Below, piece after piece: positions 1 to 9,045 of a stretch of DNA of 64,000 bases. How positions within the stretch are numbered: the first letter of the stretch is position 1; every line of letters begins with the position of its first letter. This DNA comes from an uncultured Eubacteriales bacterium (GTDB lineage Bacteria; Bacillota; Clostridia; Oscillospirales; CAG-382). The position numbers and the translations under genes are program-made. Location: positions 4,794-68,793 of the forward strand of contig URJL01000003.1 in assembly GCA_900548115.1 (NCBI GenBank), read 5' to 3'. The notes below the pieces were generated by a model, which did not search any database, was not told where the DNA came from, and saw only the letters and a program-made list of their open reading frames with translations.

Positions 1-700
1 CCGCCGCCTTCAGATTGTATTTTTCGTAAAGCTGCTTTGCCACGCTCTCATATGCCTCTTGGGTGGAGGGCGCCGCGTTTTGCGGCTTTATGCCGAAGAT
101 AAAATCGGCATGTTCTTCGTTTGCGACCAAAACATTCACATACGGCATGATCTTTTTCATGGTTTCGGCGCACTTTTCGATCGACCAGAGCTTGCTGCGG
201 TAGTTGAGATCGCAGCTTACGATAATGCCGCGCTCGCGGCAATAGGAAAGAGCCTCGAGAAGCGCTTCGACGATGTTGTCGCCGAGCGCGGGCGTGATAC
301 CCGTGAAGTGGAACCAATCGGCGTCGCAAAGTGCCTTTTTCCAATCGTAATCGGACGGGGACGATGCCGAGAAGGAGGAATACTTGCGGTCGTAAATGAC
401 CTTCGAGCCGCGCTGGGATGCGCCCTTTTCAAGATAATAAACGCCGATCCGCTCACCGCCGCGAACGACATTCTCGGTGTGTACACCGTAGCGACGCAAT
501 GCGCCGATCGCCATCGAGCCGATCTCGTGATCGGGAAGCTTCGAAACATAATAAGAATCGACCCCGAGGATCGAAAGCGTGACGGCAACATTGGCTTCCG
601 CGCCTCCGAAGTTTGCGCAAAATTCATCCGCTTGCAAAAAGCGCTCGTAGCCGTGCGGATTCAACCGCAGCATGATTTCTCCGAAACTGACAGCCTTCAT
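1..700 (-). CDS. kdgK: 2-dehydro-3-deoxygluconokinase (PfkB-family sugar kinase); 3' end runs off the window
   Basis: My own reverse translation from ATG 700-698 gives MKAVSFGEIMLRLNPHGYERFLQADEFCANFGGAEANVAVTLSILGVDSYYVS..., a typical KdgK/PfkB N-terminus. GGAGAAG RBS (rc of 704-710). The frame stays open to the window edge, so it is absent from the ORF track. Confidence 0.75.
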   Translation of the reverse strand, partial: MKAVSFGEIMLRLNPHGYERFLQADEFCANFGGAEANVAVTLSILGVDSYYVSKLPDHEIGSMAIGALRRYGVHTENVVRGGERIGVYYLEKGASQRGSKVIYDRKYSSFSASSPSDYDWKKALCDADWFHFTGITPALGDNIVEALLEALSYCRERGIIVSCDLNYRSKLWSIEKCAETMKKIMPYVNVLVANEEHADFIFGIKPQNAAPSTQEAYESVAKQLYEKYNLKAA

Positions 701-718
701 ATACTTCTCCTTTTTTTG

Positions 719-747
719 TTGCAATAAAAGCAAAAATATGCTATAAT
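719..747 (+). promoter_or_regulatory. sigma-70-type promoter candidate for rlmH
   Basis: TTGCAA (719-724), 17-nt spacer, TATAAT (742-747), with TGc extended -10 at 739-741. It lies about 75 nt upstream of the rlmH ATG. Confidence 0.5.
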
Positions 748-822
748 AAACCGTTACGTCTATGATACACGCTTTTTTTGCGTGTGTCAATCCAATTTTG
801 CCAAATAATCGGAGAATGCCAT

Positions 823-1305
823 ATGCTCAGCGTTGATCTTTTGTATCTCGGAAACGAAAAAGACGAAAACTATAATAAAGCCGCCGAGGAATACGGAAAG
901 CGCCTGTCGGCTTTCTGCACCTTTCGCGGAAAGAACATCAAGGACGAGCGCCTTCCGGAAGATCCGTCCGAAAAAGAGATCGAGCGTGCGCTCGAAAAGG
1001 AAGCCGACAAGATCCGCACCGAATTTTCCCCGCGGCATTATAAGATCGCTCTGTGCGTCGAGGGGAAAAGCATGTCGTCGCCCGACTTTGCGCACCTTTT
1101 GGAAACGCTGCCCGACAAGGGATATTCGGGGGTGACGTTTGTCATCGGAAGCTCGTTCGGACTTTCGGAAAAACTGAAAAAAGAATGCGACTTTCGTCTT
1201 TCGGTATCGCCGATGACCTTTCCTCACAAGCTTTTCCGCGTTATGCTGCTCGAACAGATCTACCGCGCGTTTACGATTTCGGCGGGAACGCGATACCACA
1301 AATAA
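823..1305 (+). CDS. rlmH: 23S rRNA (pseudouridine1915-N3)-methyltransferase RlmH (SPOUT)
   Basis: ORF-track frame 778..1305; start moved to ATG 823 behind GGAGAA (811-816). The translation KIALCVEGKSMSSPDFA...VTFVIGSSFGLS...LSVSPMTFPHKLFRVMLLEQIYRA matches the RlmH pattern. Confidence 0.85.
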   Translation: MLSVDLLYLGNEKDENYNKAAEEYGKRLSAFCTFRGKNIKDERLPEDPSEKEIERALEKEADKIRTEFSPRHYKIALCVEGKSMSSPDFAHLLETLPDKGYSGVTFVIGSSFGLSEKLKKECDFRLSVSPMTFPHKLFRVMLLEQIYRAFTISAGTRYHK

Positions 1306-1385
1306 AGGATAAACGGAGAAAAACGGGAAAGCGTATTGTGACTTAAAAATGAATCGAATGTGTCCTATTTTTCACAATCGTTCTC

Positions 1386-1414
1386 TTGCATTTTGCGGCA
1401 AAATGTGGTAGAAT
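1386..1414 (+). promoter_or_regulatory. sigma-70-type promoter candidate for the ABC exporter operon
   Basis: TTGCAT (1386-1391), 17-nt spacer, TAGAAT (1409-1414), with TGg extended -10 (1406-1408). Confidence 0.45.
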
Positions 1415-1476
1415 GACAAGCGGTGTGTCGGGCAGCCGCAGCTGTTCCGACGCGGAGAATCTTATTACACAAAGGT

Positions 1477-1509
1477 GGTTTGCCCGTTTTCGGCAGACCT
1501 CTATTTTTT
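1477..1509 (+). promoter_or_regulatory. terminator-like hairpin in the 5' leader (candidate attenuator)
   Basis: 8-bp stem GGTTTGCC (1477-1484) / GGCAGACC (1492-1499, one G-U pair) with a 7-nt loop. It is followed by TCTATTTTTT (T-run 1504-1509) and ends 3 nt before the AAAGGAG RBS of the first ABC gene. Confidence 0.35.
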
Positions 1510-1523
1510 CGAAAGGAGACAAT

Positions 1524-3266
1524 ATGCTGAAAAAACTGACCGAAAGCATACGGGAATACAAGCTTCCGTCGATTTTGACGTTTCTGTTTATTCTGCTCGA
1601 AGCGATTATCGAATGCTTTATCCCGTTCATCACGGCAAGCCTTATCGACAAGATTGAAGCGGGGACCGATATGGAGACTGTCGTGAAGACCGGACTGTTG
1701 CTTTTCGTGATGGCGTGCGCCTCGCTTTGCTGCGGCGGCATCGCGGGGGTCACATGCTCCAAGGCATCGTCGGGCTTTGCCAAAAATCTGCGCAGGGACA
1801 TGTTTTACAACATTCAAAGCTATTCCTTCCAAAACATTGACCGTTTTTCCGCCTCGTCGCTCGTGACGCGCCTGACGACCGATATCACGAATGTGCAAAT
1901 GGCCTATATGATGGTCATCCGCACGGCGATCCGCGCCCCTTTGGTCATGATCTTTTCGATCGTAATGGCGTTCATCATGGGCGGAAAGCTGGCACTTTCC
2001 TTCGTTATTATCGTTCCCGTTTTGGGCTTCGGACTGTTTCTCATCAGCCGCAAGGCAATGCCCGCTTTCCGTCGGGTATTTAAAAAATACGACCGCCTGA
2101 ACGAATCCATCGAAGAAAATGTCCGCGGAATGCGCGTCGTCAAGGGCTTTTCGCGCGAGGAACACGAGAAGAAAAAGTTTGCCCTTGCCGCCGAGGATAT
2201 CTGTACCGACTTCACAAAAGCCGAGCGTATTGTTGCGCTGAATTCGCCTCTTATGCAGATCTGCGTTTACTTTAACATGGTATTTGTCCTTTTGGTCGGT
2301 TCGCGGCTCATCATCACGAGCGGCGGAAGTCTTATCAATGTGGGCGAAATTTCCGCCATGCTCAATTACGGCATGCAGATTATGATCCAGCTGATGATGC
2401 TGACCATGATCTATGTTATGATCACCATGTCGGGCGAATCGGCAAAGCGTATTTGCGAAGTGCTCGACGAAAAGACGGTTCTCGGCAACCCCGAGAACCC
2501 CGTGACCGAAGTAAAGGACGGCTCGGTCGATTTTTGCGGCGTTTCCTTTAAATATGCAAGCGACGCGGAAAAATTTGCCCTTGCCGACATCGATCTTCAC
2601 ATAAATTCGGGCATGACCGTCGGCATTATAGGCGGTACGGGCTCGAGCAAATCGTCGCTCGTTCAGCTCATCCCGCGTCTTTACGACGCGAGCGAGGGTG
2701 TCGTAAAGGTCGGCGGCGTCGATGTGCGCGATTATGATCTTGACACCCTTCGCGGCGCGGTCGCCATGGTGCTGCAGAAGAACCTTCTGTTTTCGGGTAC
2801 GATCAAAGAAAATCTCCGTTGGGGCAACGAGAACGCGACCGATGAAGAGATCGCCGAAGCGTGCAGGCTTGCACAAGCCGACGAATTTGTCCGCTCCTTC
2901 CCCGACGGGTACGATACCCACATCGAGCAGGGCGGAACCAATGTTTCGGGCGGTCAGAAACAGCGCCTTTGCATCGCGCGCGCCCTTCTGAAAAAGCCGA
3001 AGATCCTGATCCTCGACGATTCCACCAGCGCCGTCGATACCAAGACCGACGCGCTGATTCGTGCGGGATTCCGCGCCTATATCCCCGAGACCACCAAGAT
3101 CATTATCGCACAGCGTATCGCGTCGGTTCAGGACGCCGATCTTATTTTGGTCATGGACAACGGTAAGATTGAGCACGTCGGAACGCACGAGACGCTTTTG
3201 CGCGAAAGTCCGATCTATCGCGAAGTCTACGAACAGCAAACGAACGGAGGTGCGTCTCATGAATAA
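1524..3266 (+). CDS. ABC transporter permease/ATP-binding protein (exporter half-transporter, subunit 1)
   Basis: Frame of ORF 1386..3266; ATG 1524 behind AAAGGAG. N-terminal 6-TM-type region, then Walker A GGTGSSKSS, signature VSGGQKQR and Walker B ILILDDSTSAVD. Confidence 0.9.
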   Translation: MLKKLTESIREYKLPSILTFLFILLEAIIECFIPFITASLIDKIEAGTDMETVVKTGLLLFVMACASLCCGGIAGVTCSKASSGFAKNLRRDMFYNIQSYSFQNIDRFSASSLVTRLTTDITNVQMAYMMVIRTAIRAPLVMIFSIVMAFIMGGKLALSFVIIVPVLGFGLFLISRKAMPAFRRVFKKYDRLNESIEENVRGMRVVKGFSREEHEKKKFALAAEDICTDFTKAERIVALNSPLMQICVYFNMVFVLLVGSRLIITSGGSLINVGEISAMLNYGMQIMIQLMMLTMIYVMITMSGESAKRICEVLDEKTVLGNPENPVTEVKDGSVDFCGVSFKYASDAEKFALADIDLHINSGMTVGIIGGTGSSKSSLVQLIPRLYDASEGVVKVGGVDVRDYDLDTLRGAVAMVLQKNLLFSGTIKENLRWGNENATDEEIAEACRLAQADEFVRSFPDGYDTHIEQGGTNVSGGQKQRLCIARALLKKPKILILDDSTSAVDTKTDALIRAGFRAYIPETTKIIIAQRIASVQDADLILVMDNGKIEHVGTHETLLRESPIYREVYEQQTNGGASHE

Positions 3267-5175
3267 GCAAAAAGGCAAAAAGCCCTCGCTCGATATGCGC
3301 ACCTTAAAGCGCGTGCTTTCGTATCTTTTTAAGTTTTATCCCGTTATGGTGCCGCTCACGGGCGTTTGCATCGTCCTTTCGGCGATCGTTTCGGCAGTTC
3401 CCGCCGTCTTTTTGCAAAAGGTATTCGCCGTCATCGGCGACTGTCTTGCGCGCGGCGAGCTGAGCTGGGAGGTCGCAAAAGCGCAGATTCTTCCTAAGGT
3501 TCTTATCCTGATCGCACTGTATGTCGGCGCCATGCTTCTCATCACGCTGTATACCCAGCTCATGGCGTTTATCACGCAGGGCTTTCTTGACAAAATGCGC
3601 TGCCGTATGTTTGACGGCATGCAGAATCTTCCCATCCGCTATTTTGACACGCACAAGCACGGCGATATCATGAGCTATTACACCAACGATATCGACACGC
3701 TTCGCCAGCTCGTGTCCCAGGCGCTGCCGTCGCTTTTGCAGGCAGGCATCATCTCGTTCTCGGTGCTTTGCATCATGCTTTGGTACAGCATTCCGATGAC
3801 CTGTATCGTTCTGGTCGGCGTTGTCGCTATGGTCTTTGTCTCCAAAAAGGTCGGCGGCGGTTCGGCAAAATTTTTTATTCGTCAGCAAAGGACCATCGGT
3901 GAGACCGAGGGCTATATTCAGGAAATGATGAACGGGCAGAAGGTCATCAAGGTGTTCAGCCATGAACGTCGGGTCGAGAAGGATTTCGACGCGATCAACG
4001 ACGCGTTGTATGAAGACAGCTTCAAAGCGCATGCCTACGCCAACTGTCTCGGTCCGATCATTATGAATATCGGAAACGTTTTGTATGTTATCTGTGCTAT
4101 GATCGGCGGCCTTCTCCTTTTGTCGGGCGCGCCGAACGTGAGCCTTTCGGGACGGGTCGTCTTCACGATCGACATTATCGTTCCGTTTCTGAACATGACC
4201 AAGCAGTTCACCGGCAACATCAACCAGCTGTCCCAGCAGATCAACTCGATCGTCATGGGTATGGCGGGCGCCGCGCGTATTTTCGATCTGATGGATCAAA
4301 AGCCCGAGCCCGACGACGGCTATGTGACGCTGGTCAACTGCGAGCAGACGCCCGACGGCACAATGCGCGAGACCGAAAAGCGCACGGGACATTGGGCATG
4401 GAAGCATCCGCACGGCGACGGTACACTTACCTATACGCCGCTTCGCGGAGACGTGCGTATGCTTGACGTGGATTTCGGTTATGAGCCGGGCAAGGACGTT
4501 TTGCATGATGTGACGGTTTATGCGGAACCCGGTCAGAAGGTCGCCTTTGTCGGCGCGACGGGTGCGGGAAAGACAACCATCACCAATCTGATCAACCGCT
4601 TCTACGATATCGCCGACGGCAAGATCCGCTACGACGGAATCAATATCAACAAGATCAAAAAAGCCGATCTGCGCCGCAGTCTCGGCATCGTGCTTCAGGA
4701 TACCAACCTGTTTACGGGCAGTGTAATGGACAACATCCGTTACGGACGGCTCGACGCGACCGACGCGGAATGCCGCGAGGCGGCAAAGCTTGCGGGTGCG
4801 GACGATTTTATCTGCCGTCTTCCGAAGGGCTATGATACCGAGCTTACCAACAACGGCGCCAACCTTTCGCAGGGTCAGCGACAGCTGATTGCCATTGCCC
4901 GCGCCGCTGTTGCCGATCCGCCCGTTATGATTTTGGATGAGGCGACCTCGTCGATCGATACGCGCACCGAGGCGATCGTTCAGCGCGGTATGGATCAGCT
5001 CATGAAGGGGCGCACGGTGTTCGTTATCGCCCACCGTCTCTCGACTGTTATGAATTCGGATGTCATTATGGTGCTGGATCACGGCAGAATCATCGAACGC
5101 GGAAACCACGAAAAGCTGATCGCCGAAAAGGGCGTCTATTATCGGCTTTATACCGGCGCGTTCGAGTTGGAATAA
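3259..5175 (+). CDS. ABC transporter permease/ATP-binding protein (exporter half-transporter, subunit 2)
   Basis: Frame of ORF 3061..5175; ATG 3259 (MNKQKGKK...) overlaps the upstream stop by 8 nt. Walker A GATGAGKTT, signature LSQGQRQ, Walker B MILDEATSSID. The pairing suggests a heterodimeric exporter. Confidence 0.9.
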   Translation: MNKQKGKKPSLDMRTLKRVLSYLFKFYPVMVPLTGVCIVLSAIVSAVPAVFLQKVFAVIGDCLARGELSWEVAKAQILPKVLILIALYVGAMLLITLYTQLMAFITQGFLDKMRCRMFDGMQNLPIRYFDTHKHGDIMSYYTNDIDTLRQLVSQALPSLLQAGIISFSVLCIMLWYSIPMTCIVLVGVVAMVFVSKKVGGGSAKFFIRQQRTIGETEGYIQEMMNGQKVIKVFSHERRVEKDFDAINDALYEDSFKAHAYANCLGPIIMNIGNVLYVICAMIGGLLLLSGAPNVSLSGRVVFTIDIIVPFLNMTKQFTGNINQLSQQINSIVMGMAGAARIFDLMDQKPEPDDGYVTLVNCEQTPDGTMRETEKRTGHWAWKHPHGDGTLTYTPLRGDVRMLDVDFGYEPGKDVLHDVTVYAEPGQKVAFVGATGAGKTTITNLINRFYDIADGKIRYDGININKIKKADLRRSLGIVLQDTNLFTGSVMDNIRYGRLDATDAECREAAKLAGADDFICRLPKGYDTELTNNGANLSQGQRQLIAIARAAVADPPVMILDEATSSIDTRTEAIVQRGMDQLMKGRTVFVIAHRLSTVMNSDVIMVLDHGRIIERGNHEKLIAEKGVYYRLYTGAFELE

Positions 5176-5193
5176 TGTTTCCTTGATAAAAAG

Positions 5194-5228
5194 AAAATCG
5201 GGGAGAGCTTTAGCTCTCCCCGATTTTT
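5194..5228. terminator. bidirectional intrinsic terminator between convergent genes
   Basis: 12-bp stem ATCGGGGAGAGC (5197-5208) / GCTCTCCCCGAT (5213-5224), flanked by an A-run upstream and TTTTT downstream. Confidence 0.75.
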
Positions 5229-5953
5229 CATTTTTTGTCCCGCTTATTTCGCACCGCGTCTTTCAGCGCCGCAAGCGCGTCGGAAAGCGTACCCACTTTG
5301 TCGATCAGCCCAAGCTCCACCGCTTCGCGCCCGTCGATGACCGTTCCGATGTCGGCGACCAGCTCGTCGGTTTTGAGCATAAGTCCCGTCAGCGTCTCCT
5401 CTTTTACGTTTGAATTGCGCACGATAAAATCCACGATCCGATCCTGCATCCGCGTGAAATAGGTGAACGCCTGCGGCACGCCGATCACAAGACCGTTCAT
5501 TCGCACGGGGTGAATCGTCATGGTCGCCGACGGCGCGATGAACGATTTTTTCGCCGCGACGGCAAGGGGCACGCCGATCGAATGACCGCCTCCCAGAACC
5601 AACGAAACCGTCGGCTTTGTCATGCCCGAAATCAGCTCGGCGATGGCAAGCCCTGCCTCCACATCGCCGCCCACCGTGTTGAGCAGAATGAGCAGTCCGT
5701 CGGTCTCGTCGTCCTCCTCGACGCTGACAAGCTGGGGGAGAACGTGTTCGTATTTTGTGCTTTTGGTCTGTGCCGACAGCGCGTAATGCCCCTCGACCTG
5801 CCCCGCGATGGTGAGGGTCTGAAGGACGATGTTGTCCTTTTTGGTTTTGACACTGCCCGAGATCGCGATGTTTTGCAATTTTGCATTTTCGGCTTTCTCG
5901 GCGGTAAGCTCTTCGTTTTCGCCCGATTCCTCGGGCATTTTTTCTTCCGACAT
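5228..5953 (-). CDS. ClpP-fold serine protease-like protein (TepA / SDH-type Clp-fold family)
   Basis: ORF 5228..5977; preferred start is ATG 5953, 7 nt after GGAGG. Motifs LLILLNTVGGDVEAGLAIAELI and LVLGGGHSIGVPLAVA are ClpP/TepA-like. The N-terminus is acidic. Confidence 0.65.
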   Translation of the reverse strand: MSEEKMPEESGENEELTAEKAENAKLQNIAISGSVKTKKDNIVLQTLTIAGQVEGHYALSAQTKSTKYEHVLPQLVSVEEDDETDGLLILLNTVGGDVEAGLAIAELISGMTKPTVSLVLGGGHSIGVPLAVAAKKSFIAPSATMTIHPVRMNGLVIGVPQAFTYFTRMQDRIVDFIVRNSNVKEETLTGLMLKTDELVADIGTVIDGREAVELGLIDKVGTLSDALAALKDAVRNKRDKK

Positions 5954-6017
5954 AAAAAATCCTCCGATCATACTCATAAAAAAGAGTATTGCCGAAGGAT
6001 TTTTTTCTATTCAAAAT

Positions 6018-6881
6018 TCAGTTTTGAAAGAAAGCGGGATTGGGCTTTCCGAAGGGAACAAAGGGGCGCTTTTCGGTCAGCGCTTTGTAATTTTCGAAAA
6101 AGTCATGCCGCGTAAGCGGACGCTCGCGCACGATCGACGGCGGGGTCGCAAGGCTCACTTCATAAAGGAGCGGACCGCTGTACCCGACCTCTTCCAAAGC
6201 GCCGATCAGCGCGACCCAGTCGGTCTTTCCTTCGTACGGAATCCAGTGGCGCTCGTCGGTAAAATCATAATCCGACACGTGAAGCGTTACGATCTTGTCG
6301 CAAAGAGCGCGGACAAAATCGATGTTGGAATCGGTGAGAAGGTGATTTGTGTCAAAGCAGACGCGCAGCTTTTCGTGAACCGACGAAAGAAGCTTTATTT
6401 CCTCGATCGTATGCCCGAGACAGGTGCGGGGCAGATCCTCGACGCAAAGCGTACCGCCGCAGCGGGAAGCAAGCTCCGCAAGGGCAAAAAGGCTCTCCTG
6501 AGAGCGCTTTAAACGCTCGGGGCGTTCTTCGTCGGCGATCGGCTCTCCGCTCGGATGGATAATAAACCGTTCGATCCCGATGTCGGTGGCGCGGCGGATC
6601 AGCTCGGACTGAAGGTCGAGGCTGTTTTTTTGAACCGTTTTGTCGCACGAGGAAATGTCGTTTGTCTCAAACGGCGCGAAGGGCAGATGGAACGACCAAA
6701 GAGTGATTCCGTAACGGTGCGCAAAAGCTTCGGTCTCTTTAAAATTCAGAGTCGAAAATGATTCCTGACGCGGCGATATTTCCATATACTCCACGCCGTT
6801 TTCGGAGTAATCGCGAAAAGTGTCTTCGCAAAAATCGCCCGCAGTGGACATTCCGAATTTCCAATCGGTTGCATTTGTCAT
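6018..6881 (-). CDS. xylose isomerase-like TIM-barrel protein (sugar phosphate isomerase/epimerase / AP-endonuclease-2 superfamily)
   Basis: Motif series FHLPF, FIIHPSG, LCVEDLP, CFDTNH, LHVSDY...RHWIPYEGKTDW, LLYEVS. The ATG (6881-6879) overlaps the recG TGA (6880-6878) as ATGA, and an AAGGAGG RBS lies inside the recG tail. Confidence 0.75.
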   Translation of the reverse strand: MTNATDWKFGMSTAGDFCEDTFRDYSENGVEYMEISPRQESFSTLNFKETEAFAHRYGITLWSFHLPFAPFETNDISSCDKTVQKNSLDLQSELIRRATDIGIERFIIHPSGEPIADEERPERLKRSQESLFALAELASRCGGTLCVEDLPRTCLGHTIEEIKLLSSVHEKLRVCFDTNHLLTDSNIDFVRALCDKIVTLHVSDYDFTDERHWIPYEGKTDWVALIGALEEVGYSGPLLYEVSLATPPSIVRERPLTRHDFFENYKALTEKRPFVPFGKPNPAFFQN

Positions 6882-8998
6882 GATGTTTCCTCCTTGCTGT
6901 CCCTTTTATTTTGATTTGCTTTTTGTCGGCACAGTCGGTCGGCAAGCTCTTTTGTTTGTTCGATCAGCGTCATATCGGCGGCAAGATCGGCGATCTTAAA
7001 GCGCAGCTCCCCGTGCTGGCGCTGTCCGAAGAAATCGCCGGGGCCGCGGTTTTTCAGGTCGAATTCCGCAATTTTAAAGCCGCTTTCGTATTTGCACAGA
7101 ATGCCGAGCCGTTTTTCGACCTCGTTTCGATCCTCCGCCAAAGCGCCGTTGATAACGGGCGACATGAGAACGCAGAAAGACTTATCTTTGCCGCGTCCGA
7201 CCCGTCCGCGAAGCTGGTGAAGTTGGGAAAGTCCGAAGCGCTCGGCGTTTTCCACGACCATAAGCGTCGCGTTGGGAACGTTCACACCCACTTCGATCAC
7301 GGTGGTCGAGACCAGAATATCCGTTTCGCCGTCGGAAAAGGCGCGCATGATTTTTTCTTTCTCGGCAGGCTTCATCTTTCCGTGAAGAAAGGCGACGCGG
7401 CGGTGCGGAAAGACCTCCGCCTGCAATTTTTCGCAATAATCCTTGGCGGATTTCAGCTCGGTCTCGTATTCCTCGGGGACAAGCTCGCCCTCGGGCTTCT
7501 CGGCGAGCGGACAGACGATGTAGCATTGATGCCCCGCCGCGATCTGCTTTTCGATAAAGGCGTAAATACGCGCCCGCATCGGTTCGCCGACGGCGAAGGT
7601 ATCGACCTTTTGTCGTCCCGGCGGAAGCTCGTCCATAATGCTCAGGTCAAGGTCGCCGTACAGGATCATGGCAAGCGTGCGGGGAATGGGCGTCGCCGAC
7701 ATGACGAGCATATGCGGCACGGCGTTGTTTTCTCCCACCTTGCCCGAGAGCCTTTGCCGCTGTTTTACGCCGAAGCGGTGCTGTTCGTCGGTGACGGTAA
7801 GTCCGGGGCGGGCAAAGACGACGCTGTCCTCGATGAGGGCGTGTGTTCCGATGATAAAATCGATCTTCCCTTGCGCAAGGGCGGAAAGAATCTTTTTCTT
7901 CTCGGCGGATTTTGTGCTTCCCGTGAGAAGCGCCGTCGCGATCCGGTGCCCTTCCATGAGCGGAAGAAGCGACTTGTAATGCTGTTCCGCCAAAATTTCG
8001 GTGGGCGCCATGAGCGCTGCCTGCATACCGTTTTTCACGCAGACATACACCGCCGCCGCGGCAACAACCGTCTTTCCGCTTCCGACGTCGCCCTGCACCA
8101 GTCGGCGCATGGGCTCGGTGTATTCCTCCGTCGGAGAAATAGGGAAAGGCTCGGCGGCGTCCCGCCTTGTCATGTCGTACAGGATCTCGTCGATCGTCCG
8201 CTTTTGCGCGGACGTTAGCGCATAGGGGAGCGAATCGAAAAACGGATTCATGTCGGGACGGCGGAAACGAACCGCTTTGCCTTTTCTTCCGCGCTCCTTG
8301 AGCGCCCGAAGCCGAAGCTGAAAATTCAGAAGCTCCTCAAAGGCAAGTCTGCGCCGCGCGCTTTCCATGTCTTGCGCGTCGTTCGGGAAATGAATATCGT
8401 GCAAGGCGGGATACAGCGGACGGAGCGAGAATTCCGAAAGAATGCTTTCGGGAAGACTTTCGATCTTTTCGTAGGCGGGAAGCGCCCTTTTGATAAGCCC
8501 CGTTATCATCCCGCGCGTAATGCCCGCCGTGAGCGGATAGACCGGCACGAGGTTGTCGAGTTTTATTCCGTCGCGGTACGGCTCAAAGGCGGGCGAGGTC
8601 ATCTGCGGCGTGAGAAAACCGCCCGTGACGCTGCCGTAAAAACGAAATTTTCGCCCCGTGACCAGGGTGCTTTTTAAATAATCTTGATTGAAAAAAGTGA
8701 TCGCGACCGCGCCCGTTTCGTCGGACGCCGTGACCTTCTGCACGCTGAGCGGGCGCCCCGAGCGGGACGGAATGCGCGTGCTTTTTAAGGGGGAATCGAT
8801 TGTCAGGATCAGCGATGCCGTCTCGAAAGGGCTCAGCTCGCTCACCGTCTTTACATCGCCGCGGTTTTCGTAGGTGCGGGGATAGTGCCGTACCAGATCG
8901 TCGATCGTTTTAATATCGAGCTTTTCGAAAAGAGCGGCGCGGGAGTCGCTGATTCCGTACAAGACGGTGAGGGGACTTTGCGGGGTGATCTCGTTCAT
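6878..8998 (-). CDS. recG: ATP-dependent DNA helicase RecG
   Basis: 706 aa. Wedge-domain N-terminus, Walker A GDVGSGKT, DEQH box VTDEQHRFG, helicase C region LHGKMKPAEKE...VSTTVIEVGVNVPNAT, motif VI QLHQLRGRVGRG. Confidence 0.92.
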   Translation of the reverse strand: MNEITPQSPLTVLYGISDSRAALFEKLDIKTIDDLVRHYPRTYENRGDVKTVSELSPFETASLILTIDSPLKSTRIPSRSGRPLSVQKVTASDETGAVAITFFNQDYLKSTLVTGRKFRFYGSVTGGFLTPQMTSPAFEPYRDGIKLDNLVPVYPLTAGITRGMITGLIKRALPAYEKIESLPESILSEFSLRPLYPALHDIHFPNDAQDMESARRRLAFEELLNFQLRLRALKERGRKGKAVRFRRPDMNPFFDSLPYALTSAQKRTIDEILYDMTRRDAAEPFPISPTEEYTEPMRRLVQGDVGSGKTVVAAAAVYVCVKNGMQAALMAPTEILAEQHYKSLLPLMEGHRIATALLTGSTKSAEKKKILSALAQGKIDFIIGTHALIEDSVVFARPGLTVTDEQHRFGVKQRQRLSGKVGENNAVPHMLVMSATPIPRTLAMILYGDLDLSIMDELPPGRQKVDTFAVGEPMRARIYAFIEKQIAAGHQCYIVCPLAEKPEGELVPEEYETELKSAKDYCEKLQAEVFPHRRVAFLHGKMKPAEKEKIMRAFSDGETDILVSTTVIEVGVNVPNATLMVVENAERFGLSQLHQLRGRVGRGKDKSFCVLMSPVINGALAEDRNEVEKRLGILCKYESGFKIAEFDLKNRGPGDFFGQRQHGELRFKIADLAADMTLIEQTKELADRLCRQKANQNKRDSKEETS

Positions 8999-9045
8999 GC
9001 GGCGCTCCTTTCTTTTTGTTTTCGTTTGCTTTTTGTGTTATATAC

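Noticed and set aside
1365-5109. Very long antisense ORFs (1365..3302, 645 aa; 3304..5109, 601 aa) opposite the two ABC transporter genes.
   Set aside because: Their translations are Arg/Gly/Asp/His-rich with no recognisable motif. They mirror genes that have clear Walker and signature motifs and good RBSs. These are typical shadow ORFs of high-GC coding DNA.
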